A stretch of DNA of 64,000 nucleotides from Promethearchaeota archaeon (GCA_048937405.1 JBHLNF010000001.1:1-64000); one strand, 5' to 3'; shown: positions 20,432 through 31,399, numbered from the stretch's first letter. Notes: a model not told the origin generated them from the letters alone. Translations and numbers: made by a program.

Positions 20432-20941
20432 TCATAATTGGATAATCTGTCTTATTTTCTTTTCTTTTTTTTCTTTTGAAGTAAATACAATTTCTTCAAG
20501 TTTATATATACGTTCACAATATACACATTGAATTTTTAAAGGTTTCTCCTCTAATACGAAGAATTCTGTATCAATAGGTTCGTCTGAATTTGAAATACAA
20601 GTTTGATTGACACAATATATCAATTTTTTAATTATTTGTGGAAGTTCAACCTTTTTCTTTTCAATTACTTTATAATTTTCAATTAGTGATATAGTAGCAT
20701 TAGGGGAAAGAATAGATATTTGTTGCATTTGGGTTTCATTCAAAAAAACATTCTCAATTTTTATGATATCTTTTGTTAAATATTTTTTTGATGAAACATT
20801 TACTCCAATTGTCAATAAATTTTTAGATTCATCAATACCTGTAAGATTTAGGATAGTTAAAGCATACCCGGCATCAATATGGTCAATAACCGTTCCTTTA
20901 GAAATTTTATCAATTTTTAATTTTTCTTCCAGCATTTTCAA
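20432..20941 (-). CDS. pyrI: Aspartate carbamoyltransferase regulatory subunit
   Basis: GTVIDHI, KDIIKIEN, CVNQTCIS, CVYCE. Confidence 0.95.
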   Translation of the reverse strand: MKMLEEKLKIDKISKGTVIDHIDAGYALTILNLTGIDESKNLLTIGVNVSSKKYLTKDIIKIENVFLNETQMQQISILSPNATISLIENYKVIEKKKVELPQIIKKLIYCVNQTCISNSDEPIDTEFFVLEEKPLKIQCVYCERIYKLEEIVFTSKEKKEKKIRQIIQL

Positions 20942-20998
20942 TAAAAAAAATATCTTTCTTGAAAAAATTTATGATAGTAAAATAATAATACTTATCTT

Positions 20999-22069
20999 TT
21001 AAAATAGTGAAATTGTGATAAAAAATAAAATTGTTGATATACAGAAATTAAACGATAAGTTATCATCAATCTCTAAATCTAGATAATCCAATAAGCCAAT
21101 AATCATTGCACCAATAAGTGGATTGAATATTAAACCCAAAATATTGAATTCATAAAAATTCCTTAATAGATATAAAACAATTATACCTGAAAGGAATGAT
21201 ATAATTATACCTGCTGCTAATCCTTCATAAGTTTTTTTTGTATTTTTAATTTTTCTATATCCAATTGTCCTACCCACTAAATTAGACGATATATCTCCGA
21301 AAATAGCCATTACCATCGATGTACAGATTATTACAGGACCAATCGGTTGAATTAACCCATATATTAAAATAGTAGAAAAACATCCAATTCCCATAGAAAT
21401 ATGAGGGCCTAATCTTAAATTTAGTTCTTTTTCTCGCAGTATTTGATTAACCGGTTTCAATGGATATATCTCTGGTGCTAATATTCGTACAATATCAGCA
21501 GTTAATAACCCAATTAATGATATCCCTACTAAAAATATAACTAAATTTTGAGTAAAAATCATTATATCTCCTTCCACTTGAAATACTCTAGGAATGAAAG
21601 CAGGAAGGATTTTTTCTATATATACAAAAACATTTTGGATTAAAAAACCAAGAGTAAAATAAAACAAAATTATCCCTAGGACAATTAGATGAGTTAATTT
21701 CCTATAAATATCATATTTCAGAGGTAATTCATTTGATGATTGGACTTCAATCTTAATGTTTTTTACTTTTTGCCTTTTTATTTTTATATTCTCACGTCTA
21801 ACGAAAAGAAAAAACAAGGGAAAAAAAACTAATACAAATCCAATTATTAAGATATTAAATGGGAATATTATGAATTCTCCATTTAAAAAATTCAGAATGG
21901 TAATCAAAATAACATTAATTGTAATTGAAATTATTAAAATTATCGCATTTGTTAAATTATTAATAAATGCTCCTATTTCTCGTTTCTTTCTTGCCAAAAA
22001 GCTTATATAAAGAATTATAAATCCATAAGAATATAAAATACTCAAAATTAGTATTGAAAGAATATTCAA
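20999..22069 (-). CDS. CTP-dependent polyprenol/dolichol/diacylglycerol kinase family membrane protein
   Basis: RKLTHL, GDISSNLVGRTIG, KKTYEG, DDNL. Confidence 0.85.
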   Translation of the reverse strand: MNILSILILSILYSYGFIILYISFLARKKREIGAFINNLTNAIILIISITINVILITILNFLNGEFIIFPFNILIIGFVLVFFPLFFLFVRRENIKIKRQKVKNIKIEVQSSNELPLKYDIYRKLTHLIVLGIILFYFTLGFLIQNVFVYIEKILPAFIPRVFQVEGDIMIFTQNLVIFLVGISLIGLLTADIVRILAPEIYPLKPVNQILREKELNLRLGPHISMGIGCFSTILIYGLIQPIGPVIICTSMVMAIFGDISSNLVGRTIGYRKIKNTKKTYEGLAAGIIISFLSGIIVLYLLRNFYEFNILGLIFNPLIGAMIIGLLDYLDLEIDDNLSFNFCISTILFFITISLF

Positions 22070-22177
22070 TAAAAGCCAATCTCAAGAGTTTTTACTATTT
22101 AAAGGATTCTTTAATTTTAAGATTTTCTCGTTGATTGGAACTATTTATTAGAAAAAAAAAGAAAAGTAAAATTGAAT

Positions 22178-23593
22178 TTAAAATTGAGTTTCATCGATTT
22201 TTGGCATCTCAATAGAATCAAGGGCTTTCTTAATTTCTTCAGAAGGTAATTCATAATCTACTAGGTTTCCATCCATGTATTCTTTATATGCTAATAAATC
22301 AAAAAAGCCATGCCCACTGAAATTGAATATAATAACTTTCTTTTCATTATTTTCTTTAGCTTTTAAAGCTTGATCAATTGCTTCCTTTATAGCATGATCA
22401 GTTTCTGGTGCTGGAAGAATTCCTTCTGTTCTTGCAAATTCAAGGCCCGCATTTATAACTTCTGTTTGATGATGCATTATTGCTTTAATTAATTTATTGT
22501 TGTATAATATTGAAACTATTGGGGCGATTCCGTGATATCTTAATCCCCCTGCATGAATTGGACTCGGTATGAAGTTATGTCCTAACGTGTGCATCTTTGC
22601 AATAGGTCCTTTCATTGCGGAGTCTCCATAATCCCATCTATATTCTCCCTTACAAACACTAGGACAAGCCCGAGGTTCTACGCCAATTATTTCTATATCT
22701 GGATGAATACCATTGATTTTATCTTTTAAAAAAGGAATCATTAAACCTGAAAAATTAGATCCTCCCCCCATGCATCCAATTACAATATCAGGCTTATCAA
22801 TCCCTACTTTCTTTAGTTGCATTTTTGCTTCTTGTCCTATAATGGTTTGATGTAGAAGAACAAAATTAACAACGCTTCCAAGTGAGTATTTAATCTTGTC
22901 ACTTCGCATACTATGTTCTAATGCTTCAGATATAGCGATCCCTAAACTTCCATTATGCTCTGGATCTACTTCTAAAAATTTTTTTCCACAATCAGTTAAG
23001 TTAGAAGGACTAGCATGTACTTTAGCATTGTAGGCACTCATAAGAATTTTTCTACCTGGTTTTTGAATAAAACTAGCTCTTACCATGTATACAGTGCATT
23101 TAAGGTTAAATAAATTACAACCATATGCCAATCCGGAACCCCATTGTCCTGCTCCTGTCTCTGTGACCAATTCTTCAGTTCCTTCCTTTTTTGCATAAAA
23201 TGCCTGGGTGATTGCAGTATTTGGTTTGTGAGATCCAGTAGGAGATACAGATTCATTTTTAAAAAAAATCTTTATTTTATCTCCTTCTAATCCTAATGCT
23301 TTTTCTAATCCTAACGCACGGTGAAGTGGACTTGGCCTATAGGTTTTAGCAAAAATCTCCCTTATTTCATTAGGAATAGGAATTGTAGGCTCTTGAGAAA
23401 CTTCCTGTAATACACAATCCTTTGGAAATATAGCCATTGCCATTTCTGGAGGAGCTGGCTTTCCATCCATTGGATTTACCAAGGGCGTCATAGGTGAGGG
23501 TAAATCTGGTAAAATATTTACCCATTCTTTTGGTATTTCATTTGGTTCTAATAAAATTCTTCCTTTATAATAATCTACCATTTTAATTACCAT
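22178..23593 (-). CDS. trpB2: TrpB2 (tryptophan synthase beta type 2, PLP enzyme)
   Basis: SPTGSHKPNTA, TETGAGQWG, GGGSNF, HAGGLRYHG, PAPE, NFSGHG; start may be 23581. Confidence 0.95.
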   Translation of the reverse strand: MVIKMVDYYKGRILLEPNEIPKEWVNILPDLPSPMTPLVNPMDGKPAPPEMAMAIFPKDCVLQEVSQEPTIPIPNEIREIFAKTYRPSPLHRALGLEKALGLEGDKIKIFFKNESVSPTGSHKPNTAITQAFYAKKEGTEELVTETGAGQWGSGLAYGCNLFNLKCTVYMVRASFIQKPGRKILMSAYNAKVHASPSNLTDCGKKFLEVDPEHNGSLGIAISEALEHSMRSDKIKYSLGSVVNFVLLHQTIIGQEAKMQLKKVGIDKPDIVIGCMGGGSNFSGLMIPFLKDKINGIHPDIEIIGVEPRACPSVCKGEYRWDYGDSAMKGPIAKMHTLGHNFIPSPIHAGGLRYHGIAPIVSILYNNKLIKAIMHHQTEVINAGLEFARTEGILPAPETDHAIKEAIDQALKAKENNEKKVIIFNFSGHGFFDLLAYKEYMDGNLVDYELPSEEIKKALDSIEMPKIDETQF

Positions 23594-23742
23594 TTAATAT
23601 CATTTTTTCACATCCTAAGATGCGTATCATTACAATATCGGAAACCAATAAAGTTAATGCGCAATTAAAAGGAGAATTTAATATTTTTAGGAAAATTTTA
23701 GAACGAAAAAATAAAATTAAGTAAGTTCCGTTGCAGTTGGCT

Positions 23743-23793
23743 CTATCGCCAACGCCAAGGCCACTGCCAGCAAAAGTTCCTTACAGTTGCCAT
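23743..23793 (-). promoter_or_regulatory. Trp-rich leader peptide ORF MATVRNFCWQWPWRWR (candidate trpL-like attenuator)
   Basis: ATG GCA ACT GTA AGG AAC TTT TGC TGG CAG TGG CCT TGG CGT TGG CGA TAG, 150 nt upstream of trpB2 on the same strand, followed by a hairpin and a U-tract. Confidence 0.85.
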
Positions 23794-24198
23794 AACATTT
23801 AGAATAAATTTATTTATTATTTTATTTCAATTATATTTTAATAAATAAAAATCTATTGTTCTTCCATATTTTTTTTATTTATATATAGACAATGATAATT
23901 GTGTAAAGTAATTAGAAAAATTATGGAAACTGAATATAAAAGATCATTCTATACGAAAAATGTTGTTAGAAAGATAAAAAACATATAAAACAACTTGATA
24001 AAAAATCAGAGTTTAAGGAGGAGAATTAAGAGGATTTAATTAATGAAGACAACAATAAAATTCAAGGAGAAATATTTTCCTTTATGAATAATGAAATGAA
24101 TATAAATGAAAAAGCATTTAAAAGAAATTTATAACATATAATTCTTTAAGAATAATTAATATAAACTTTCCTAAAGCTTAAGGAAATTATTTCTTCAA

Positions 24199-24603
24199 TT
24201 ATCTTGCTTCAAATATTTTATAGAGGTTCTTGGCAGCGATCCTCATCACCTTGACCGTTTTCATCAGAGTATCTATAATTGTCCCAGCACATACAATTAC
24301 TAATCTTCCCGCATTTGTAATAACAATATAACCATTTTCTGCTCGCACAATAATCTCACTTAAATCTTCTTGGAATAGAGTTTGAATTGTTGATCTTCCC
24401 GTCATTAATAAGGCACTGGCAAGTCCGCAAAATTGATCACCATCAACATGATATTGCGGTAAAGCGGAGAAAGCTATTTGATATCCTTCAAAACTCACGA
24501 GCGCTATAGCTTCAATATCTGCGTTAGAAGTTATGAAGGTGATTTGAGGACTTATCTTTTCGATATCATCTTGATTGATTCCTAAATCAGACCCAAATTG
24601 AAT
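24199..24603 (-). CDS. Roadblock/LC7 (MglB/LAMTOR-like) protein; likely ATT start
   Basis: IEAIALVSFEGYQIA, GLASALL, IIVRAENGYIVI; frame is open back to ATT at 24603, after a TAG and an AGGTG RBS. Confidence 0.85.
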   Translation of the reverse strand: MQFGSDLGINQDDIEKISPQITFITSNADIEAIALVSFEGYQIAFSALPQYHVDGDQFCGLASALLMTGRSTIQTLFQEDLSEIIVRAENGYIVITNAGRLVIVCAGTIIDTLMKTVKVMRIAAKNLYKIFEAR

Positions 24604-25017
24604 AAGCTAACACCTTTAGAGCTTTTAGATTTATTAATTATTATTATAAATATAATAATTTTCTGCTTATTATATTTTTATTTTTAAAATATGAGGAATC
24701 TTTCTCTGAAGAAATTAATAATTAGGGAATATAATTACGATTTTACTTTACTTATGATAAAAGATCCCCGTGCCGAGGTGTTTAAGATTTAAAATTGGAA
24801 TATATTAAAAATGCTATAATGCAGGTTTCTTTCCTTCTAATTATCTCATTTTCATTAAATATTTTTATACGAGGTTTTTATTTACAAATCAAAAGTAAAT
24901 TTTAATATTTTATCGACTTAAAAATATTTAAAACAATTATTTTTTTTGGATATGTTAAATATTTAAACTCTAAATTTTATTAATTTAAGAATTATAAAAT
25001 GCTAATGAAACTATAAT

Positions 25018-27324
25018 ATGATAACAACACGAGAATCTATAAATTACCAGTTTTCATTAATATTTGGATATTCATCTCCGAATGAGGTTATTGTGGGGGA
25101 CGTAATTGGTCCAGGTAGATTAACAATGAAAAAAGTAAATGAACTCTCACAAGAAGTAATTAAATTTTTAACCATGTATAATGCAATATTACGAGATTAT
25201 ACAGGAGCAGAGTTATTTTGCGTTGAGTTTGATTTATATAATATTGATGAAAAAAGTGCCCGAACAAAAATTTACCCTCAATCGATGATTTTTATTCCTG
25301 GTAAATTTAAAGATTGTGAAAGTTTATTACTTGCTTTGAAACCAGAAATGGGTGTACTAGATATTCATAAATCCAGAGAATCACTTAATAATATAAGTAA
25401 ATTATTTTTTGAAGTAGAAGAACTTTCTAACCGTCCAGACTTAAGTAAAGAAAATAAGCAACGATTATTTAAAAAATTCGCTTCAAGATTTAGCAAAAAA
25501 CTTTTTAGTGAATTAATTGAAGAAAAATGGAACAAAAAATTAATTGGGTTAAGCAAAACTCTCCCTACAGAAAAAGAAATGTTGAATACATATGCTAAAT
25601 TTGTCTCTGATGTTGATATTTTATGGTATAAGAAACCAATGGAAATTAAATTTTTAGAGCCAAGATCTCAAAAGATTAAAGTTCCTTTTGAGGGACAAAA
25701 AGCTATAGAACATCTTAAATTTTTAATTTCTGAGCCAAGTGCGAATTTCATAGTTGATAAGACATTAAATTTAGGTACCAATCTCGTTAATTTAGCAAAT
25801 ACTGGTACTTTAGATGAATCTGTTGATGAAATAGTAATTTTTATTATAACTCACTTAAAAAATAAAATAAAAACTTTTGATGATCCACATACAGCAGAAT
25901 GGCTGATTTCAAATGTTAATAAGGTTATAATCGATTTAGAAGAGTATTTAAACAAATTTATTGATTATTCAAATGAATTTCTGAGTTCAGGAGAAATGGG
26001 TGATTTAAATGAATTATTAAACAAATATCAGCATTTTATTTCAAATAAAGGCAAGTTTGAAGATGAAGACTTTGATGATATTTGTAATATAGCAAAGAGC
26101 TTTATTGAACAAACAATAACTCAAAAAGAGAGCTTAAGAATAATAGAATTGAGTTCAATTTTAAATTATTTTAGAGAAATTATTAGTAAAAGCCTTAATA
26201 TAATAACAATTACACTTCCAAAATATTTGTTTTATCGTAGATTAAAGTTATTGACAATAAGTTTGATACAAAATTTATATGAAAAATTTGACCAAGAACA
26301 GAAACCAGCAAAAGTATTAGGACAGAAAATATTAAATGATTTTAAAGATACTCTCTTTAACCAAATTGAAACGCATTCTATACTTTTTGATAAAAATTAT
26401 AAATATAATGAAAGATTTTTGATAAATGAGTTTAATTCTCTAATTAATAAGAATCTTGACGTTTTTTTTAATAAAATACATTTAAAAATAGATGACTTGG
26501 TTTCTTTTGCTGAGATTCAGATGGAATCTACTAGTAGTAGAATAATTAATCATATAGAGAAATTTAAAAAGTTTTCAAAAGAATTAAATTATTTATTAAG
26601 TTATGTTTTGAGACATTCTACAATAAATCGTTATATAAAAGAGGAACCTGATAAGGAAATTAGTGATCCTGTAACCTTTGCAAACAGATTTCATAGATTT
26701 TTAGAAAAAAGAATTGGAGGGATAAATTTAGAGTGGAAATTCCATATTCTTAACTGGATTAAAGACTATTCTATAAAATACCTTAAACCAGAAGAACAGA
26801 AAGAGTGGACATTAATAGAAGTATATAATGATTTTATTAATTATTTTGAAGATCGGGAAATGAAAGAACAAAAAATTGAAAATTTCTTAAAAATATTAGA
26901 CGCTTATATTACAAAGTTGCATGATGCTGAAGAAAAAAAATTATTAAATGAATTTTATAAAAAATACGAACTTTCCATTGATGTTAATACTGAATTTCCT
27001 AAATATATAAAAAATTATATTCAAAGAGAATTAAAAAATCTAAATCCTCAAATAGAGAATACTTCTCCATTAAAATATTTTAGTTTGGATGAGATTGAAA
27101 CATTTTATGATTATATTAAAAACACAGAATTGAAATATTTTTCAAAATTAATTCCAAGACCTTTAAATGTAGTACTAAAACACACTTTAACAAATGAAGA
27201 AAAGGATCTATTTAAGGGTGATTTATATCACATAATAGATTTCAAATTTTGGCATAATAATGTTAGATTTGAATTATCAGATAATTTTAATGAAGTATAT
27301 AGAGAATGGGTGATTGATATATGA
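25018..27324 (+). CDS. Large helical hypothetical protein
   Basis: 768-aa ORF; ATGA overlap with the next gene. Confidence 0.8.
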   Translation: MITTRESINYQFSLIFGYSSPNEVIVGDVIGPGRLTMKKVNELSQEVIKFLTMYNAILRDYTGAELFCVEFDLYNIDEKSARTKIYPQSMIFIPGKFKDCESLLLALKPEMGVLDIHKSRESLNNISKLFFEVEELSNRPDLSKENKQRLFKKFASRFSKKLFSELIEEKWNKKLIGLSKTLPTEKEMLNTYAKFVSDVDILWYKKPMEIKFLEPRSQKIKVPFEGQKAIEHLKFLISEPSANFIVDKTLNLGTNLVNLANTGTLDESVDEIVIFIITHLKNKIKTFDDPHTAEWLISNVNKVIIDLEEYLNKFIDYSNEFLSSGEMGDLNELLNKYQHFISNKGKFEDEDFDDICNIAKSFIEQTITQKESLRIIELSSILNYFREIISKSLNIITITLPKYLFYRRLKLLTISLIQNLYEKFDQEQKPAKVLGQKILNDFKDTLFNQIETHSILFDKNYKYNERFLINEFNSLINKNLDVFFNKIHLKIDDLVSFAEIQMESTSSRIINHIEKFKKFSKELNYLLSYVLRHSTINRYIKEEPDKEISDPVTFANRFHRFLEKRIGGINLEWKFHILNWIKDYSIKYLKPEEQKEWTLIEVYNDFINYFEDREMKEQKIENFLKILDAYITKLHDAEEKKLLNEFYKKYELSIDVNTEFPKYIKNYIQRELKNLNPQIENTSPLKYFSLDEIETFYDYIKNTELKYFSKLIPRPLNVVLKHTLTNEEKDLFKGDLYHIIDFKFWHNNVRFELSDNFNEVYREWVIDI

Positions 27325-29708
27325 TTAGTGGGGTAAAAAGAAAAACAACAGCTGTTGAAAGTACGTTTAGATTTTTTCAAACAGTTGATCTAATAATTTC
27401 TCACTTTAAAAGAGAAGCTGATAAAAAAAAAATCTTTGAACTTATTACTCAGAAATCTAACTTTAATGATCTATTGATAGCGACCGCAACAATTCATATA
27501 TATCACAATTTAGGTATTCGAGTTCAGAAGTTATTAGATCAAGACAAATTCTCTTTTGATTCTACTAAGAACCTAGAAATTGAAGAAAAGATGATTATCA
27601 TTGAGGAAGTCGATTCACTAATTCAGAATTCCTTAAACTTGGAAGTTAACCTTCTTAACAAGATAATAGAATTAGAAAATAAATTTATTTCTTTTTTAAT
27701 TGAAGAAAGAAAGGAAAACATTCAAGAAATCCAAAAAAATCAGATGTTAAAGAATATCGAAAGACATATTGAGCAGGAATTACAAGAAATAATAATGGAG
27801 TATCCCCAATTCTATTTTTACGATTTAATAGGTGATTTAATAGGTTTAAGTAACAAAGTAAAGAAAGATATATTAGAAGAAACTGCTGGTTTTAAAGATA
27901 TTTCTGTTGAATTAGAGAAGAAATTGAAATTAGAAGAAAAAGAAGATAAATTCATAGAATTAGCCACTTTGGATCGATTAATTAATCTGATACAGTCTGA
28001 TTTTGAATTTAAATCATATAAAGAATTGCAAATTGAAGCAATGCCAGTAAGAATGATAAAAAAAAAAGTATTAGATTATAATTTCAACAAATTTCCGATA
28101 TCAGTACCTGGTTTAAATATTTTTATTGAAGCTAATAACTTGAAAAAAGATTTAATAAAAAAAATAGAAATCGGTCTAACAGAAAAAATAAACTATGAAC
28201 AATTTGAATCAAAAATACTAAATTTTTTAAAATTTGTATTAATCAAAAAACTGAAAGAGAATCCAAATGATTTTATATATTTCCTACAATCTATAAATGA
28301 ATGCGGTTTTGATGATATAATTTATACCTTACAGAAGCGTGGAGTTTACAATATTTTGCATTTCATTAATTTAGATGAGGATCTTTCTGAAAAAGTAAAA
28401 AAAAATATGGTAAGATATAACATTAAAAAATTGGATATCATTTCATTAAATGATAATAGGCAGAATCTAATCTATAAAGCAAAAAAAGCGCTCTCAGAAA
28501 TTGATTTTCAATTTCTTAAAGAATTAATTAGAAAGTATGATACAACCTCAGAATATGGATTAATTAATTTAATCAATCAAGATATTGAAAAATATCCAAA
28601 TTTATCAAGAATTTTAGAAGAAAAAACAGGAACTAGTATTAATAATTTAAAATTATTCATTAGAAAAAAACAAGCTATAGATAAAGTTTTTTTAGATGAA
28701 TTAAAATTGAAAAGTTATTCTCATATTTTATTTATTTTGGAATTCGATGATATAATTAATGAAATGGCAAAAGATATTTTCTTTTACATTTTATCCAAGA
28801 TTTTAAGACAGCTTAGTAGAATTATAGAATTGTATCATAAAGTTTCTAATGATAGATCATTATTTCTTTTGGCTTTAAAAAAAATAAATGGAACAACCGA
28901 TTCAGAAGAGTGGATTAGGATCAAAGTAGAAGAGCTGATCATTAAGCGATTAATTAGAAGACAGGAAGAATTAGTTGTCGTTTTAAATGCAAACAATCAA
29001 CCATTTTTAGTTAATGGATTCTTGTTAGCGCGAATTATGGAGATATCTTTAAAAGAAGCTGTTTCTGAAATAAAAAACAATCCCAGTCCAATTTATGAAG
29101 ATATAGTGCCATTAAAGCTTAAATCTGATCTTATATCTCCAATTTCATATTGTATAGGATATGATATTTTTAAACGATTTGAAAAATTTGAAGAAACTCG
29201 GAAATCAGAGATTGAACAACTTATTGAATCAAAAGAGAAAGAAAAAGAAGAGAAAACAAAGAGATTACGAGAAGAACAGCAATTAAGTACTTTAAATTGG
29301 ATTGAACGTAGAATTACTAGTTCTTTAATGAGAATTAATAGTCCAGGAATTAATCCCAATCAGTTATATTGGCAGGAAAAAGATACAAAAATAGCTACAG
29401 ATAATCTAAAGCTTCATAGTGAACTTAAAGGTGACTCTTTTGATTTAATCTGTCAATTTTTTAATTTTGCTATAGAAAAAATCAAGGACTTTACTCCAGA
29501 AATTAAATTACCCAATTATGATAAAATTCAGGATATGGTAAACAATATTGTTGAAAAAGTATTAATAAAAAGATTAGGAAAAATTCCCACACTAGAACAA
29601 AAAAATAATTTACTAGATGGAGAACGGTATGAGATTGGTAATCAAATTGCAATAAAAATAGGGCGAATATTAGATAAAGCGTTATACACTAAATTTAAAA
29701 GTAAATAA
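27321..29708 (+). CDS. Large helical hypothetical protein
   Basis: 795-aa ORF, translationally coupled to the previous gene. Confidence 0.8.
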   Translation: MISGVKRKTTAVESTFRFFQTVDLIISHFKREADKKKIFELITQKSNFNDLLIATATIHIYHNLGIRVQKLLDQDKFSFDSTKNLEIEEKMIIIEEVDSLIQNSLNLEVNLLNKIIELENKFISFLIEERKENIQEIQKNQMLKNIERHIEQELQEIIMEYPQFYFYDLIGDLIGLSNKVKKDILEETAGFKDISVELEKKLKLEEKEDKFIELATLDRLINLIQSDFEFKSYKELQIEAMPVRMIKKKVLDYNFNKFPISVPGLNIFIEANNLKKDLIKKIEIGLTEKINYEQFESKILNFLKFVLIKKLKENPNDFIYFLQSINECGFDDIIYTLQKRGVYNILHFINLDEDLSEKVKKNMVRYNIKKLDIISLNDNRQNLIYKAKKALSEIDFQFLKELIRKYDTTSEYGLINLINQDIEKYPNLSRILEEKTGTSINNLKLFIRKKQAIDKVFLDELKLKSYSHILFILEFDDIINEMAKDIFFYILSKILRQLSRIIELYHKVSNDRSLFLLALKKINGTTDSEEWIRIKVEELIIKRLIRRQEELVVVLNANNQPFLVNGFLLARIMEISLKEAVSEIKNNPSPIYEDIVPLKLKSDLISPISYCIGYDIFKRFEKFEETRKSEIEQLIESKEKEKEEKTKRLREEQQLSTLNWIERRITSSLMRINSPGINPNQLYWQEKDTKIATDNLKLHSELKGDSFDLICQFFNFAIEKIKDFTPEIKLPNYDKIQDMVNNIVEKVLIKRLGKIPTLEQKNNLLDGERYEIGNQIAIKIGRILDKALYTKFKSK

Positions 29709-29874
29709 CATTCTTATTGCTTGAAATATATTATAATACCAATATTATTTCTTTATGGATATCAATATTCTATTTAAATTCATTTATTTCTAATCTTTCA
29801 TCAGGAATTTAGAAAGATATTAAAGTATTCATTCTTTAACATATTAATATAATTGATAGAAATATTACATTCTC

Positions 29875-30162
29875 ATGGCTTCAGTTTTTTCATGGTTCAA
29901 AAAAGAATTGTCATATATAATAAATTCTTTTTTTGAAATTATTAAAGCAATTATCTTAGTAATCTTAATAACAGCAGGTTTAGGATGTGCAATATTCCTA
30001 ATATATTTAGGATTTAATGGGATAGTCTCTACCATTGCAGGATTAATTACAGAAATTATCTCGTTAGTTTTATGTTATCTTATTTTTAGAGGGTATTTAA
30101 AAATAGAAGAAAAAACTGAAGATTCTAATACTAAAGGAAAAACTCCCAAGGACGCTCAGTAA
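29875..30162 (+). CDS. Small two-TM membrane protein
   Basis: Two hydrophobic helices and a charged tail. Confidence 0.65.
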   Translation: MASVFSWFKKELSYIINSFFEIIKAIILVILITAGLGCAIFLIYLGFNGIVSTIAGLITEIISLVLCYLIFRGYLKIEEKTEDSNTKGKTPKDAQ

Positions 30163-30853
30163 TTTGATAAGAAATTAAATATTCTTTTATCTCTTTAATT
30201 AATATAAAAGGGTCATATTCCCAAGCTCCCTGTTTATTAAATGAGACACAACTAACTTTATTTAAATTTAATTTAGATTTAACTAAAAATCCATATGTAG
30301 CAACTTGTGGGAGAGAAAGTAAAAAATTTCCTTCTGGTTTATAATCAATAACTTTGATAACATCATTTTCAATTTGAATCAAATCTATGTGTCCAGTAAT
30401 TTCTTTATTCTTCTTTTCACTCCAGATAGGTGTCTCTATTGCGATTGAATCTTTATCTTTTATTAAAATATTTTTTAGAATAGGTTCATGACCAGGAATA
30501 TTTCTAAAATTATTTTTTCTATAAATATCAAAAACTCTTTGGGCATATTTTGGCAATTTTGAATTTGAATCATGATATCGAATTTTTCCAGCTCTTAGTA
30601 ATTTCTTGCTAAAACTTCTGATAAAAGCAACTTTTATCCCTTTTATTTTAAATTGAGATGCTCTTGGAAATTCTCTTGAATTAAATAAATTATTAGGAAT
30701 CGATCCATCATACACATTTTTAAAATAATTCTTTAATCTATTCAATTCTTCTCTGTTGGCAGTTAATTGATTGTATTTTTCTTTATGGTGCAATTTATTC
30801 CAGTTAAATGAATAAGGAATATTTTGATGTATAAATGTTTTTTTTTTAAGCAA
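30131..30853 (-). CDS. PD-(D/E)XK nuclease-family protein
   Basis: IETPIW...ITGHIDLI...VIDYK...QVATY. Confidence 0.82.
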   Translation of the reverse strand: MLKKKTFIHQNIPYSFNWNKLHHKEKYNQLTANREELNRLKNYFKNVYDGSIPNNLFNSREFPRASQFKIKGIKVAFIRSFSKKLLRAGKIRYHDSNSKLPKYAQRVFDIYRKNNFRNIPGHEPILKNILIKDKDSIAIETPIWSEKKNKEITGHIDLIQIENDVIKVIDYKPEGNFLLSLPQVATYGFLVKSKLNLNKVSCVSFNKQGAWEYDPFILIKEIKEYLISYQITERPWEFFL

Positions 30854-31399
30854 GATTGATAGTCTCTTTCATTAAATAAAATATTAATATTATAATATTT
30901 ATTTCTCCTAGTTTTACTTAAAGAATCTCATTTAATAAAAAGAATGTATTAACAATTTATTATATTGGCAAAGAATTATATTTAATTTTTCCAAAAATAT
31001 TAAAATCAATTCTTTATATAATTTTCCTTAAATTTTCATAAATTAAACTTTTTTCTCATTTGATAAACTAGTAAAAAAAATTTATAATGAATATTATTTA
31101 TAGAGACTTTATTTTTTGTATTTATTTTAGATATAATGGAAATAAAATGAGTATAATTTTACTCTTTTTATTAGTTTTAATAAAATTATGGAAATTTAAA
31201 TTTACAGAATTCATTTTAGTCTTTAGAGAAATTTTTATTGAGTTTTGTGGATTTTTATTGATTGCTTTAAAATCCTATTACTAATATTTCTAAAAAAAAT
31301 AATCACAATTAAATTGCTTTGAACTCCATTTGAGAATTGAAATAAATGAATTAAGAATATGTATACTTTAATATTCACATTATAGGAGATATAAAATAA

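Noticed and set aside
23923-24135. Coding-like purine-rich stretch between the trp leader and the roadblock gene
   Set aside because: Interrupted by stops and unidentifiable; at most a decayed gene
24753-24840. Possible second C/D sRNA (ATGATAA...aagatccccgtg-CCGA)
   Set aside because: Imperfect C box, no convincing D box or terminal stem; target cannot be verified without the host rRNA
31087-31284. 65-aa hydrophobic ORF
   Set aside because: Low-complexity T-rich intergenic sequence; no support
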